From the NCBI RefSeq assembly GCF_018977255.1, contig NW_024704743.1, positions 62,002,001 through 62,066,000 on the forward strand: 64,000 bases of DNA, in the 5' to 3' direction. Each line of letters opens with the position of its first letter. Positions within the stretch are counted from its first letter, which is position 1. The stretch comes from Callorhinchus milii. Taxonomy: Eukaryota. The notes below the pieces were generated by a model. That model did no database searches and was not told where the DNA came from. It saw only the letters and a program-made list of their open reading frames with translations. Below are positions 1-13,216 of the stretch, piece after piece. Both the position numbers and the translations under genes were made by a program.

Positions 1-71
1 TGTCCAGAGCCGAGGGACGTCCTCTCGATGTAAAAGGTGATATATAAATGTAATTTTGTTGCTCTTGGTGT

Positions 72-238
72 TGGCCCAGGACACTGGGGAGAAACTGCCC
101 ACTGCTATATTCGAATTGTACCGGGATTTTTAACGTCCACCTGAACGGGCAGACGGGACCTCATCCGAAGGATGGCAACTCCGACAATGCAGTGCAACTT
201 TCCCCATCACTGCATGGGAGAGTCAGCCTGGACTGTGA
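72..238 (-). mobile_element. Old Deu-domain SINE fragment (SacSINE1/AmnSINE-like)
   Basis: Reverse complement reads ...ccaggctgactctcccatgcagtg...ttgtcggagttgccatccttcggatgag...gtctgcccgttcaggtggacgttaaaaatccc..., resembling the Deu-SINE core. Homologous to copies near 10107, 24608, 47715 and 50245. Confidence 0.6.
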
Positions 239-420
239 GGACCACGTCCCCACTGACCAACCAGACCACCTGGTGCCTCAGAGCTGTGAGTGCAGACACC
301 TGAGCCCAGTCTGACATTGACACAGACTGCCTCACCGGCTCCCTCTAGTGGCGCAGGGCTGCAATGCACCAAACCCTCCAGAGTTAACTCCGCCCCCCTC
401 CCCAGCACACCCCACCCCCC

Positions 421-629
421 GGGCACGTGACAAAGGAGCGCGTCGACTTCGATCACGTGGCGCGACGCTGGTCGCGTGACGAGGCGTTTCTTTCGGTTTT
501 CCCCTCGGCGGCGAGGACGCGACGTTATTGCGTCACGCGCGCGAGGGTTCGGCAGTGTGACGTCGCTGCGTCACGTGAGCGGCTCGGCAGTCCCGGCGGC
601 GCGCGGCCTCGCGGTGTTCGGCAGTAAAC
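421..629 (+). promoter_or_regulatory. CpG-island promoter/5'UTR of CHMP5 with E-box/CLEAR-like and CRE-like motifs
   Basis: CpG-dense. CACGTGAC 424-431, TCACGTG 453-459, GTCGCGTGAC 471-480, GTGACGTC 557-564, GTCACGTGAG 570-579, all directly upstream of ATG 630. Confidence 0.7.
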
Positions 630-3600
630 ATGAACCGTCTTTTCGGGAAAGGAAAACCCAGAGCCCCACCGCCCAACCTCACCGACTGCATCGGCAACGT
701 GAGTACCCGCCCCGGCCACCGGGGCCAGGCCACCCCGGGGCCAGGCCACCCCGGGCCCAGGCCACCCCGGGACCACCCCGGGACCAGGCCACCCCGGGAC
801 CACCCCGGCCACCGGGACCAGGCCACCCCGGGACCAGGCCACCCCGGCCCCAGAGCACCCCGGGACCACTCCGGGACCACCCCGGGCCCCCAGGCCACCC
901 CGGCCCCCAGGCCACCCCGGGCCCCCAGGCCACCCCGGGCCCCCAGCCACCCCGGGCCCCCAGGCCACCCCGGGCCCCCAGGCCACCCCGGGCCCCCAGG
1001 CCACCCCGGGCCCCCAGGCCACCCCGGGCCCCCAGGCCACCCCGGGCCCCCAGGCCACCCCGGGACCAGGCCACCCCGGGACCAGGCCACCCCGGGACCA
1101 GGCCACCCCGGGGCCAGGCCACCCCGGGCCCCCAGGCCACCCCGGGCCCCCAGGCCACCCCGGGGCCAGGCCACCCCGGGCCAGGCCACCCCGGGCCCCC
1201 AGCCACCCCGGGCCCCCAGGCCACCCCGGGCCAGGCCACCCCGGGCCCCCAGGCCACCCCGGACCAGGCCACCCCGGGCCCCAGGCACCCGGGCCCCAGG
1301 CCACCCCGGCCCCCAGCCACCCCGGCCCCAGGCCACCCGGGCCCCAGGCCACCCCGGCCCCAGCCACCCCGGGCCCCCAGGCCACCCGGGACCAGGCCAC
1401 CCGGGCCCCCAGGCCACCCCGGGCCCCCAGGCCACCCCGGGCCCCCAGGCCACCCCGGGGCCACCCCAGGCCACCCCGGGCCCCCAGGCCACCCCGGCCC
1501 CAGGCCACCCCGGGCACCGGCTGTGCGAGGTCTGAGGCAACCCGAGACTTAGCGACGCCCAAACTGTCTGTGTGTGTGTGTGTGTGTGTCTCTGTGTGTG
1601 TGTGTGTGTGTGTCTGTGTGTGTGAGTGTGTGTGTGTGTCTGTGTGTGTGAGTGTGTGTGTGTGTGTGTGTGTCTGTGTGTGTGTGTGTGTCTGTGTGTG
1701 TGTGTCTGTGTGTGTGTGTGTGTCTGTGTGTGTGTGTGTGTCTGTGTGTGTGTGTGTGTGTGTGTCTGTGTGTGTGTGTCTGTGTGTGTGTGTGTCTGTG
1801 TGTGTGTGTGTCTGTGTGTGTGTGTGTCTGTGTGTGTGTGTGTGTCTGTGTGTGTGTGTGTGTCTGTGTGTGTGTGTGTCTGTGTGTGTCGTGTCTGTGT
1901 GTCTGTCTGTCTGTGTGTCTGTCTGTGTGTGTCTGTCTGTGTGTCGTGTCTGTGTGTGTCTGTCTGTCTGTGTGTCTGTCTGTGTGTGTCTGTCTGTGTG
2001 TCTGTCTGGCTGTGTGTCTGTGTGTGGGTGTGTCTGTGTGTGGGTGTCTGGCTGTGCGTCTGTGTGTGGCTGTGCGTCTGTGTGTGGGTGTCTGGCTGTG
2101 TGTCTGGCTGTGTCTGTGGGTGTATGTGTCTGTGGGTGTGGGTGTGTGTGTCTGTGGGTGTGTGTGTCTGTGGGTGTGTGTGTCTGTGGGTGTGTGTGTC
2201 TGGCTGTGTGTGGGTGTCTGGCTGTGGGTGTGTATGTGTGTGTCTGTCTCTCTGTCTGTCTGTGTGTGTGTGTGTCTGTGGGTGTGTGTGTCTGTGGGTG
2301 TGTGTGTCTGGCTGTGTGTCTGGCTGTGTGTGGGTGTCTGGCTGTGTGTGGGTGTCTGGCTGTGTGTGGGTGTCTGGCTGTGTGTGGGTGTCTGGCTGTG
2401 TGTGGGTGTGTGTGTCCGTCAGTTTTGAAAGGTGATGAGGCATTAAATCAGATGTAGTAGAAATTGTTGTTTTGTCATCAGGAAGTGATGATCACACAGC
2501 GCAGTCACCATTGTTATAATGGATTCTGACTGTTTCCATCTCCCTATTAACAACAAGATTACATTTGTATAGCGCCTTTCAGTCAGGAGGATGTCCCAAG
2601 GATCCATTAAACATCTCAATGGATTCTGCCTCTAAAGCCATTTGAGGCAATGATTGCATAGAGTCACATACTTAACTCTGTATTTCTGGAGCCACTGTGT
2701 AATATCCTGGTTACAATTTTAAGGTTGTATCCTTGTTTTAGATTCCTCTCCCAGTGGGTTGAACACTATCTGGTTTATCAGTTTTCAGTGTCACTCCAGC
2801 GAGAGGACACATAACTATCTGCTATATTTCCTTCTCTTTCTATTGTGAGAGACCTGGGTACGATTCCCGGGCAGGGCGAAACGTTGTCAACCTAGCAATA
2901 AGTCGGAACCCGGTACAACAAGAACAACAACATTACATTTGTACAGCACCTTTCATGTCGGGAGGACGTCCCAAGGCGCTGGACAATGTACAGCATTTCA
3001 GACCCGAGCTGGGGTCGGGGGGGGGGAGAAAGGGGAGGGGAAGGGGGGTGACCGATGATATGGTCGAAGGGGAGGGTCTTGAGATGGGACTTGAAGGAGG
3101 TTAAGGAGGGGGTGAGGCGGAGTGATTGGGGGATGGAATTCCAGAGGTTGGGGCCTGAAGGCTCTCCCACCAATGGTGGGTTAGGGGACACGGAGCAGGC
3201 CGGAGCCGGCTGAGGGGAGGGAAAAGGTGGGTTGGTAGGGGGTTAGGAGGTCTCCGTGGTAGGGTGGGGCGAGGCCATGGAGGGCTTTGTAGGTGAGGAC
3301 CAGGATCTTGAACTGGATACTCTGAAGGAGAGGTAGCCAATGGAGTCGGCCGAGAGTGGGGGAGATGGGCTCACGGAGTTTGGTGCGGGAGAGGACACGG
3401 GCTGCAGAGTTGTGGATTATCTGCAGTCTGTGGAGGGAGGAGTTGGGAAGGCTGACAAGAGGGGGTTTGTATAGTCGAGCCTGGAGGTGATGATGGCATG
3501 AACAAGAGTATCAGCGGCCTGAGGGGTGAGGTAGTGGCGGAGTCAGGCGATGTTACGGAGGTGAGGGAAGGCAGAGCGGGTCATGGCTTGGATGTGGGGG

Positions 3601-6600
3601 AGAAAAGACAGTTGAGGGTCAAACAAGACACCAGGTCCCTGACTGGCTGGTGAGTTGTAGTGTGCAACCATGGAGGTTGATGCTGCCAGAGCGGTAGTTA
3701 GTGATTGGTGGATTGCTTTTTTGGGGGTAATAATCCCTTCGAAAAAAGTAAAATAAATAAAAATAATAGTTTGGTCACTCTATCCACGACCGTTTGTGGG
3801 ACACTGCTCTGTGCAATTGGCTGCCGTGTTTCACCCATAAAACACACATTTTATAGTAAATTCTGTGAAGCGCTTTGAGATGTCTTGAAGATGTTATAAG
3901 GCACTATATCAAATGCAAGAGTTATTATTAATGTTCCTGTAAGCTGGTATAGAACGTTAAAATTACACTAACTGCTGAACTGTAATTCAATCTTGATCGT
4001 ATTAGGAGAAACTGGAAAAACTGGTTTAAAACTTTCCCTTTTATTTTCAATGTTTGACTCCTTACATTGTGTCAGAACTCTTAGATTTGATCTGTATCTG
4101 GTCACCTCTGGATCTGCCCATATGTACTAGAAAAGGCTTATATATTCTATTTGTTAGAGACACTGTCGATTGGATGAGATGTTAAACATTTGACAGCAAT
4201 TGCTTAAAACCTTTTTATTTAATTATTTAATCACTACTGATTTTCGAACAGAAAGAGGTCTTTGTGAAATAGATTATCTGTTCGTCCAGTAATTTAGTTC
4301 CCAGGTAATGTACATAACACTTTTGCTGCTTTCCCATTGTATTTCTGTTGGATTAAGATTCTGAAGTGAGGAGAGTGATGGTAGTGAGGAATCTGTAAAT
4401 TTAAGGCGCAAAATTGTCTTTTTAAAAACAAACTATGTACATTGCCGCTGTGGAAGGCTTTTGGGAGTGTTTTTAGCGGATGGGAAAATGGAGTAAATGC
4501 CCTTTTTTCAACATCTTTCTTCTATTATGCATGAGATTTTAAACCCAAGATTTACATGGAATCTTTTCAATTTTGATGTTAGCAGAAAAGCGATCCGCCA
4601 ATCGACTAACAACCAGCTAGTATATTGTCCATAATAATGCAGAAGTTACATGTCCGCCCACAAATATACAGTCCATTCACTTTACAGTATATTCTGTGAA
4701 GCACTTTGAGACGTCTAGAAGATGTGAAAAGTGCTATATCAAATGCAAGGATTATTATTCGTCATTTGTATGCTAGTCATCAACTAACATTTCTAAATTC
4801 TCTTTTATCCGGTCCCTTTTCCCTCATACTGGTGCTTAGAAACATGTATTACAGTAAATCTTCCAAATAATTCTTTGAAATATCCTCTTCCACTTGCTAG
4901 AAAATCTTTAGATCCAAGACCTTCACCTTGTGCTGATCTCAGATGTTAGGTTGGAAAAACATGAATCATAATCAGGATGGAAACAAAGGTAGTCACCAAA
5001 TGCCTCCATTGAGCGAATAGGAAGTGGCATTATTTTTGGTTTCAGATGCTGTTCTAAAGTCGAAAAGCACATCACCCGCCCAGTATACACCATTAACCCC
5101 TCAGCCAATCACCCAGTCGGGGCTGAATTATTTAATGACTGCTGATCAACGTGGAGTCCTGTAGCTCAGTGGTTAGAGCACTCGCCTTACAAGGGTGCAG
5201 AGGAGGGTTAAAGGATACTACTATGCAGTAAAAGATAGTTTAATCTCCTAACTGGAATATCTTGAGGGGAGTGCTTTGCATTAAACTGTTCTGCTTTAAT
5301 ATGTTCTGCATTGTTGGTTTGGGTACAGTACAATGAACTTGCTGACTAACCTGTGTTTCTGCTCCTGACCAGTGCTTTCTGGTACCTTTTGGTTAGCTCT
5401 AACGATTTCTAGCGTTGCTTCTAGCAGCCGTTTGCTAGTTGGATAATAGTTTTGAGTGTAGATAAGTTTAAAAATAAATTGAACCAAATTACCATAAATC
5501 TGTACCTTATGTCATTAGATAATGTTTGAAACTTAGTCTGATTCACTATTGCGTTCCTCCCTCAAATTTCACCAGAGGGATGACTCATACTGTGTTTTAG
5601 TTCCACTGCTTCGCCCTTACCTCACCCAATTGGCCAATTCTTGACGATGCTACCCTGTGAGTGTCAGTAGGCTATTCAAACCCTTATTTCACACAAATGC
5701 TGTACATACCTTACATGTATTCTCTTTCTATATATAATATAGAGATATATTCTGGGAAGCACTTTGAGATGTCCCAGTGAAGCGCTAAGGTGTTATATTA
5801 ATTGCTGGGATTATTATTATTACCTTACATCACTGGTCATTTGTTTGTCTCTGGATTTCTTGCTAATTGAGCACAGATTATTTGAGAGGAAAAACAAGTT
5901 TCAATTTCAACTGGTGTCAGCGTACAACAGTGTGTATGACAAAGGTGAAAAGGTATTTCTGACCACTCCTTTATACAGTAATCTTTTTCATTTAATGCAT
6001 ATTTGGGGATGATTGGGTCATCCGCACTTTGGCTCTGTAGCTATCAGATAATTAAATGTCCCAAAATAGTTTTGATCCCCTTTGTGTACTTTTTAACATT
6101 TATTGCGTCTTTTATAAAAGTGCTTTCCCAATGAACCCATTTAGAGAGTCAAATAATGGAATAGCTTTTTTTATTGGTTACAGGGTGCTGTTTTGAACAG
6201 CTGATTTTTCTGTTTTGTGCTTGCTGTTTCGTCTGCTGCAATCAGCATTTTGTACCCTCGTTGAAATTAACTGTGTATCCACAACCTTTATGGAGTCCTG
6301 CAGTTTAGTGGTTAGAGGACTCGCCTCGCAAGCGAGAGGACCTGGGTTTGATTCCCTGGCAGGGTGAAACATTGCGCAAGTTTCCTTACACCACACACCT
6401 CTGTTTACCTAACAGTACGTAGGAACTCGGTTGTTAGTCGATTGGCGGATTGCTTTTCCGGGGGTAATAATCAATCCCGTAAAAAAAAATAATATGATAA
6501 TAATAATTTGGTCACTCACATCCATGACTGCTTGTGGGACACTGCTGACGCAATTGGCTGTCCTGTTTTGTTCACAAAATATATAGGCAATTCACTTTAT

Positions 6601-9600
6601 AATACATTCTGTGAAGATGTGGTAAGGTGCTATATCAAATGCAAGGATTATTGTTATTTGAGTCTGTAATGTGTAATCTTTTCTTCTCTGTTTATATGCC
6701 AAATAGAGTAACCTATTGCAGAGGGCAGCCTGTTAAAGAATGGCATACATTTGGTACAGTGCCTTTCATGTCTGGAGGATATCTAAAATGCTTTACAAAT
6801 TATAGTGTAAAGTCCAGTGACTTGAGCAAACTCATCAGCCAATTTGCGCATAACAGTGTCTCACAAACAGCAATAAAGTACATGACCAGTTTTATTTGGG
6901 GGAATTACTGACCAGAAATAGTGTCTCCCCCTCCCCGCACACATGCATCCATGTGAAGAAAAGTGGCAGAACTCATAATTTCCCTTTGCTTTATTTAGGT
7001 TGATGGCCGAGCAGAGTCGATTGATAAGAAAATTTCCAGATTGGATACTGAACTGGCCAAGTACAAAGATCAGATGAAGAAAATGAGAGATGGGCCATCA
7101 AAGGCAAGCTTTACCAATATTAATATGGTAGAGAATTATGGATGAGTAAATCCTGTGTCTGTGTAGTCATCAAACTATGAAATGTGCACCATAGGAAGCC
7201 ATTGTGTAATGCCATATCACATGTGAAAACCAACGTTATAAAATCACTGTTTTATTTAGAAATAATTGTGAATCAAAACAAACTGGATGGCATGGACGAC
7301 AGTTGTACCATGAGCACGTCCCATAACTAGGACAAAGCAGTGCCAGGGGCCTTTACAAATATCTCTACAAATGTCAGCAGTGCTTAGCTATGCGTTAGTT
7401 AAATGCTTCACAATGGTTTACTCTCAGAAGCAGGATCCCTGCATCTCATTATCGGAACTTGATGTTTTGCAAAACTACCATCTGTATATTGATGAGGTTT
7501 TTCATCAATTTTGAAACAGTCTTGTTGTTTTCCAGAATATGGTAAAACAAAAAGCAATGCGTGTTTTGAAGCAGAAGAGAATGTGAGTAATTTTTCCACC
7601 CAACCATATACAGTACAAATAAAACTATTCATTTGACTGTCTACTGATTAAATTATTTTAATTCATTCTGTGTTCTGTTGTACACTAATAGGTATGAACA
7701 GCAGAGGGATAACTTGACGCAGCAGTCGTTCAATATGGAACAAGCCAATTATACAATACAGTCATTGAAGGACACAAAGACGACGGTAAAAAGGAAAAAT
7801 GCACAGCATCCCTTCACACTCCCTGAGTGATGAACTACAGCTGCTTAATACACCTCTGTGATACTTACTGGATCTACACAGTATAAACAACAACAAAATT
7901 ACATTTGTAAAGCGACTCGAATGGCTCCCCATCCCCCAGAGGATAGAGTTCAAGATCCTCGTCCTCACTTTTAAGGCCATCCATGGCCTTGACCCCTCCT
8001 ACCTCTCTGACCTGCTGACTCCCTACCAACCTGCCCGATCCCTCCATTCACTAGGCTCCAGCCTGTTCCATAACTCCCGCCTGACCCGCCCTACCATCGG
8101 TGGCCGGGCTTTCAGCCTCTCTGCCCCCATACTCTGGAAACCCCATCCCACGGTCCCTTCGCCTCGCTTTCTCCCTTGCCTCCTTCAAGGCTGGTCCTTC
8201 TCCGACCGTGATTTTGGTCTCCCGCCCTCCTCTCCGCCTTCCCTCACCCCTACACCACCCCTCCCCCATGCTCAGGCCCCGACACCTGACTGTTCAGCGC
8301 CTTTGGGACGTCCTCCCGATGTGAAAGGCACTATATAAATGTAATTTTGTTGTTTCACGTCGGGAGAACTTCTCAAAAAAAAAAGAGGTGGTATCATATC
8401 CCGTTGTCTGAGACAAATGTACAAGTTACCATACAATACTTCCTGTAGAAGAAACAAAAATCTGAAATTCAATAAGATGAGAGTAAATAGATTATTTTAC
8501 ACCAAACTACATTTTCAATTTTAATTTCTTCACCGTCGAGTACAATCACCTCATGCCCAGGCACCTCCCACCCGCTCCAACTTGCTTACACCTCACTCCT
8601 CTAACAGGTTCTTTCGTTCATCTGGCTGTGGCCTTCTGCATGTTCCTCATCCCCTCCATCATCGGCAGCCGTGCTTTCAGCCCCAATGTTCCGAGATTCT
8701 GGAACTCTCAATTCCTCTACATTGCCCCCTCTTTGCCTGCCTCCAGATCACCTGCTCTGCCACTGTTAAGCGCTCCGAGACACTACCCCATGTGAAGGGT
8801 ACTATATAAATGCAAATTGTTGTTATAAATTGTGACAATGACACATTGCTGATATCTGGTCATCTTTGTAGGTTGATGCAATGAAAGTTGGAGTCAAGGA
8901 AATGAAGAAGGCTTACAAGCAAGTCAAAATTGACCAGATTGAGGTGAAGATCTTTCTGGGAAATGGTTTGATTTTTTGTAGTTGTGTTGCAATTGTGTGG
9001 CATCCAATTTAAGTCACTTATAAATCCATTCAGATTGTAAACTGGAAAACTTGTGAATGGAATGCTAAGCTATCAAATGTGTTCAACTAATGGTACAACA
9101 ATTCACAAAACAGTCTGTCTCGTTTTAAGACTTATGGTTCTCTGTGTCTCTGCATTTTACTGTAATTATACAATTCAGCATTTATAAGACAAATAGTAGA
9201 AAATAACCTATTTTGAAAACGCATGACCTTTCGTACTCCAGACCGTTAGTTTTAAATAGCCTGGATTTAGTACTCTAGCCTTCAATTGGGAATTTAAAAG
9301 GTTGAAAGTGTTTGGATTTGTTTGACTTGCACTGCTTGTGACTAAATGTTACAAAATGATAATTTGATCATAAAATAAACCACACATCAACAAAGTAGAT
9401 TGCCAGGTGAGTAACCCTTCCATTACTATTAATATTATATACTATGGTGTAGGTTCCTTTGAAATAGTTACCAGTTGGGCTGGCAGTGTATGCACATATT
9501 ACAATCGTTGATTTTGCTAGTTTGGTCCCTACACTATTTATTGATCGTACCAGTCTTTTCTCAATTCATATCCGCATTCGTCCTCAAAATGCACTGCCAT

Positions 9601-11455
9601 TACACTTCACAGTATATCCAGCAAAGCGCTTTGAGACGTCTTCCCAACGTGAAAGCCGCTACATTAAGCGCAAGGATTATTACTATTAATTTACTCATTT
9701 GTGATATTGATAGGATATTCAAGATCAACTAGAAGACATGATGGAAGACGCAAACGAAATCCAGGAAGCGCTAAGTCGGAGTTACGGGACCCCAGAGATT
9801 GATGAGGACGATCTGGAAGCAGGTGAGAGTAATCTTTTCTCCCCCCACACACATACATTATTATCTCATGTCTCTTATCAGATTTTGAATGTGCTGCTTG
9901 CTATAAAGGATAGAACATGATGAATGGTCATTTTAGGACACACGTCCGCAGTTGCCAGGAACTGTTTATGGAGCATGATGCAAAGATGTGCAACAGATTT
10001 TAGGAATGGGTAATAGAATAGTCCCGCTGTGGTGATCATCTTCCTCCTTTTGATAAAGGCTTCCTGTAGCTCTAATTTAATATGTACTCATAGTTTCTCA
10101 TATTGTCAGCTAGACTTAGTGGGTAATACTCTCACCTCTTAGTCAGACGCTTGTAGGTTCAACACCCACATTAGGTCTTTGAGCTCATAACCTAGGCTGA
10201 CACTCCAGTGCAGGGGGTCTCCAGCTGTTCGATTCCGATCAACCTCTTGGAGCATCAGGAAGTGGCTTGCCAAACACCCTCATCAGCCCAGGCACGTCCA
10301 CTCAAAATTAATGCCTTGTTTCCAGTAGCTACTGAATTATGATATCCAAGGTGTGGCCATAAATAAAGGAAAATTCAATAAAGAAAAATTTATTTGGCTG
10401 GGGGATTGCTGCATGTTGGTCCTTCAAATGAGAAGTTAAATTGATCCTTTTCAGGTGGACATTAAAAGATCCATGGTACTATTTGAAAAGAGAGGAGTTT
10501 CTCCTTGTATCCTGACTAGATAATACTTTGTCATTGCTACAGTGGATGAAATAGCAAGTACAGAAATAGCTGTTTGTGTTCTCTGAATACTTAGTGTTCA
10601 AATAAGAATCAAAATATAAGTTTTGAAGTTAACTTTTCCCGGATTTTTCTGATGGTCAAATCATAATACTTAATGTTTCGCAAGGATGCTCCAATATGTA
10701 TAATTCCAAACATGTGACCCTGATTTTATAATAGATCTTTCATGTTATAACCTCAAAAGTTGGGGGAAAACTAAGTCTGTTAAAATCTGAAATTAAATAT
10801 TCTTTGTGAGCCATCTTTTCATTGCTGTTATTTTTTCTGTACAGAGCTGGATGCACTGGGTGATGAACTTTTAGCTGATGAGGACTCATCCTACCTAGAC
10901 GAAGCTGCATCGGCTCCAGCTATTCCTGAAGGTGTTCCTACTGACTCAAGAACCAAGGTAGGTTTTCTGCCAACATTCGTAATTGCTAGCCTCTTCACAG
11001 ATATGGGTTTGCATTACAGATCTTTGTGTTGCACTAAAATATATAGTGATTGACTTTCTCATATTGTGGGTGGATCCTGTTGCTTAAGTACTTAACGTAC
11101 TTTAGATCTTGCCATAAAGTGATTTTACTAGCCCCATTTCCAATATAATGCCAATGGTAAAAAGCTAGCTCTTTTCTGAAGTTTATTGTAATTGACACGG
11201 TGAGCTTCACAGTACTTTAACTACTTGTGAGAATCAAAACGTGAAGCATGACACATTGGGTGAGCTACGGTCTGTAGATTACTAGGAATGCACTTAAATC
11301 CAAATGTTTCTGCTCAGTAAGGTTAATGATTGTAAGTTCAATCTGTAATAGTAAAGAGCATTTTAGCAGCCAGGGCGAATATTAAAACATGTTTACATTT
11401 TCAGGATGGTGTACAGGTGGACGAATTTGGCTTACCTCAGATTCCTGCTACTTAA
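630..11455 (+). CDS. CHMP5: Charged multivesicular body protein 5 (ESCRT-III), 8 coding exons, 219 aa
   Basis: join(630-698,6999-7103,7536-7582,7692-7785,8872-8943,9714-9822,10845-10957,11405-11455) = 660 nt. Translates [39 protein letters not shown]...[28 protein letters not shown].../[16 protein letters not shown]. Intron phases are consistent; intron 2 has a GC donor. Confidence 0.97.
707..1518. repeat. GC-rich 18-bp minisatellite (GCCACCCCGGGCCCCCAG)n in CHMP5 intron 1
   Basis: Tandem units begin a few bases after the exon-1 donor. Explains the [12 protein letters not shown] repeat ORFs in several frames. Confidence 0.95.
1565..2415. repeat. (TG)n / TGTC / TCTGGCTG compound microsatellite
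   Basis: About 850 bp of TG-based repeat directly visible. Confidence 0.97.
2845..3930 (+). mobile_element. tRNA-derived SINE split by an L2 insertion (5' part ~2845-2915, 3' part ~3692-3930)
   Basis: B-box-like GGTACGATTCC and 'aacctagcaataagtcggaacccggt' continue after the LINE as 'agttagtgattggtggattgc...tgtgggacactgc...atcaaatgcaag..ttattatta'. Confidence 0.75.
2916..3691 (-). mobile_element. L2/CR1-clade LINE 3' fragment
   Basis: Minus strand encodes [24 protein letters not shown] and ends in gggacgtcctcccgacatgaaaggtgctgtacaaatg plus a (TTG)-like tail. CGGTA is repeated at both flanks. Confidence 0.9.
6292..6657 (+). mobile_element. Near full-length tRNA-derived SINE (L2-type tail)
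   Basis: GGAGTCCTG head with A/B boxes (GGTTTGATTCC), conserved body, tail atcaaatgcaaggattatt. Same family as 54318-54690. Confidence 0.85.
7918..8355 (+). mobile_element. L2-clade LINE 3' fragment
   Basis: tggctccccatcccccagaggatagagttcaagatcctc ([13 protein letters not shown]) through gggacgtcctcccgatgtgaaaggcactatataaatg-ttgttg. Confidence 0.85.
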
Positions 11456-11910
11456 CAAGCATTTTCAAGCATGCCTGAAATAAACAGTGGGATTTTGTAT
11501 GTATATTATTTACCAAGAATATTTGTTTCAGAAACTTCTATACTATAACCATAACCTAAGTCACTACACAGTTGGAATTTGGTTTGAAAAATAATTGTAA
11601 ACATCTAGTGATTATTGTATCCCCAAATGTAAAGATAGGTGGGCTTTTAAAGTTTCTTTAAATAATGGAAAGTGCAAAAATTATCTTGTAGAATCATGGC
11701 TCATTATGTATTCTCCTTCTAGCTTGAATGTATGTGCAGTGGGTCCTTAACTCATCTAATGTTGATTTTGCTACTGACACTTAGCATGGTAATATGAAAT
11801 ACTGCATTTGAATATAATTTACCTTAAATTCTGTTGACTTCTAACTTGTACAGTAATACATTTGCTGCATTGATTGGCAATTTGAACTCTGCAAATCTTT
11901 TGTCTACCAC

Positions 11911-11916
11911 AATAAA
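11911..11916 (+). terminator. Probable CHMP5 polyadenylation signal (AATAAA; a proximal one lies at 11479-11484)
   Basis: AATAAA about 460 nt after the stop codon, followed by T-rich sequence. Confidence 0.5.
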
Positions 11917-13216
11917 ATAATTATTTTCAGATGATTGCAATTCTCGTGCCATTTTTCGTTCATATGATGCTCCTTTTCATCTCTGCAGTTGAAAACTTCA
12001 TGGAATCATAGGTTATGAAACAAAAACAGATCCTCAAGACCTAGTTGTTGTATTTCTCCACATGAGAATTCTGCACATAGTCAAATCTCATTCTCCCTTT
12101 TGCTCCTCATACACTTTAATACATACTTTAAGCAATACTAGAAAATCTTCCCCTGTTGGGTGCTGATTTTACAGCATTTTACTTTTTATTTCAGCTTGTT
12201 TATTAATGCTAATTGCAGAATCCGAATGCCAATCATCACTTTGAATATAGTTTTCATGTTTTTTTAAAATGTCATTAGTACTACATAAAACAGGAAACCG
12301 TCATATGATGCATTCATTGGTAAACTATAGAAGCAAATAGAGTATAAACGTGTGTAAACATTGTCCGCAACCAAAAACTGAATAGCAATTTTAAAAAGAC
12401 GAATGTGCAACAAAGGAAACAAGGTAAGCAAAGCAGCTACCTAACATGCTAAGTTCCTCCTTTTCAAATAGACTTTACATATTATCAAAGCAGTGAGGAA
12501 AAGCGTTATCTCAGTTTTCTTAACTGACTACTGCCTCACGTTTATGTTTACAACAACAAGATTACATTTGTATAGCGCCTTTCACGTCGGGAGGACGTCC
12601 CAAGGTTTAAATCTACATGTTTAAAATCTTACATCACTAAATAAGACTGATTTTTTAATAAAACTTTCACTGTACATTAAAATTTCCTTTTGTGTCAGAA
12701 ATAGTATTTGACTTGTGTGTCTGCTCTTAAGAGCTCCTGTGACATAAACAAAGTGTGCTTCAAAATATATTTGCTTGGAAACCTGCATATGGGAATTGGT
12801 TGACTTTCATTCTCTGATCATAACTGTTGAATATGCATTTTCGAAACATTTCTTATGTCTACATTTTTTAACTGGAGGGACTCGTGCTCTAGGTCCTGAG
12901 ATCCCACACCAGAAAACCTCAACACAAGAAACTACGGCAAGCCATTTAATGGAATGTGAACATTTATTTTGAAAAGGTTTGAATGTGGATTACATGATAG
13001 TAACACCAGAAGATCACAAAATAGAAATGACTGATGATCAGGATCATGTGCTACGTCTGTAATTTGATTATTACCTTGGATCAAGTTAATTTTAAATACT
13101 ACGTCGGTATGAAGATTCTTCAATAAAACCTGTTTAACCAGTTTTAAAAAAATGATTATTTAAATTTTCCTTTGAACCTTAAAAAATTGATCAATTGTTT
13201 GGATTTTTAAATAGTT

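Noticed and set aside
476..2457. Long Pro/Gly collagen-like and Cys/Val ORFs
   Set aside because: They are translations of the 18-bp minisatellite and TG microsatellite in CHMP5 intron 1, open in several frames on both strands.
5152..5195. tRNA gene (also the heads at 6292, 23190, 54318)
   Set aside because: These are tRNA-derived SINE heads, truncated or continuing into the SINE body, with no complete cloverleaf.
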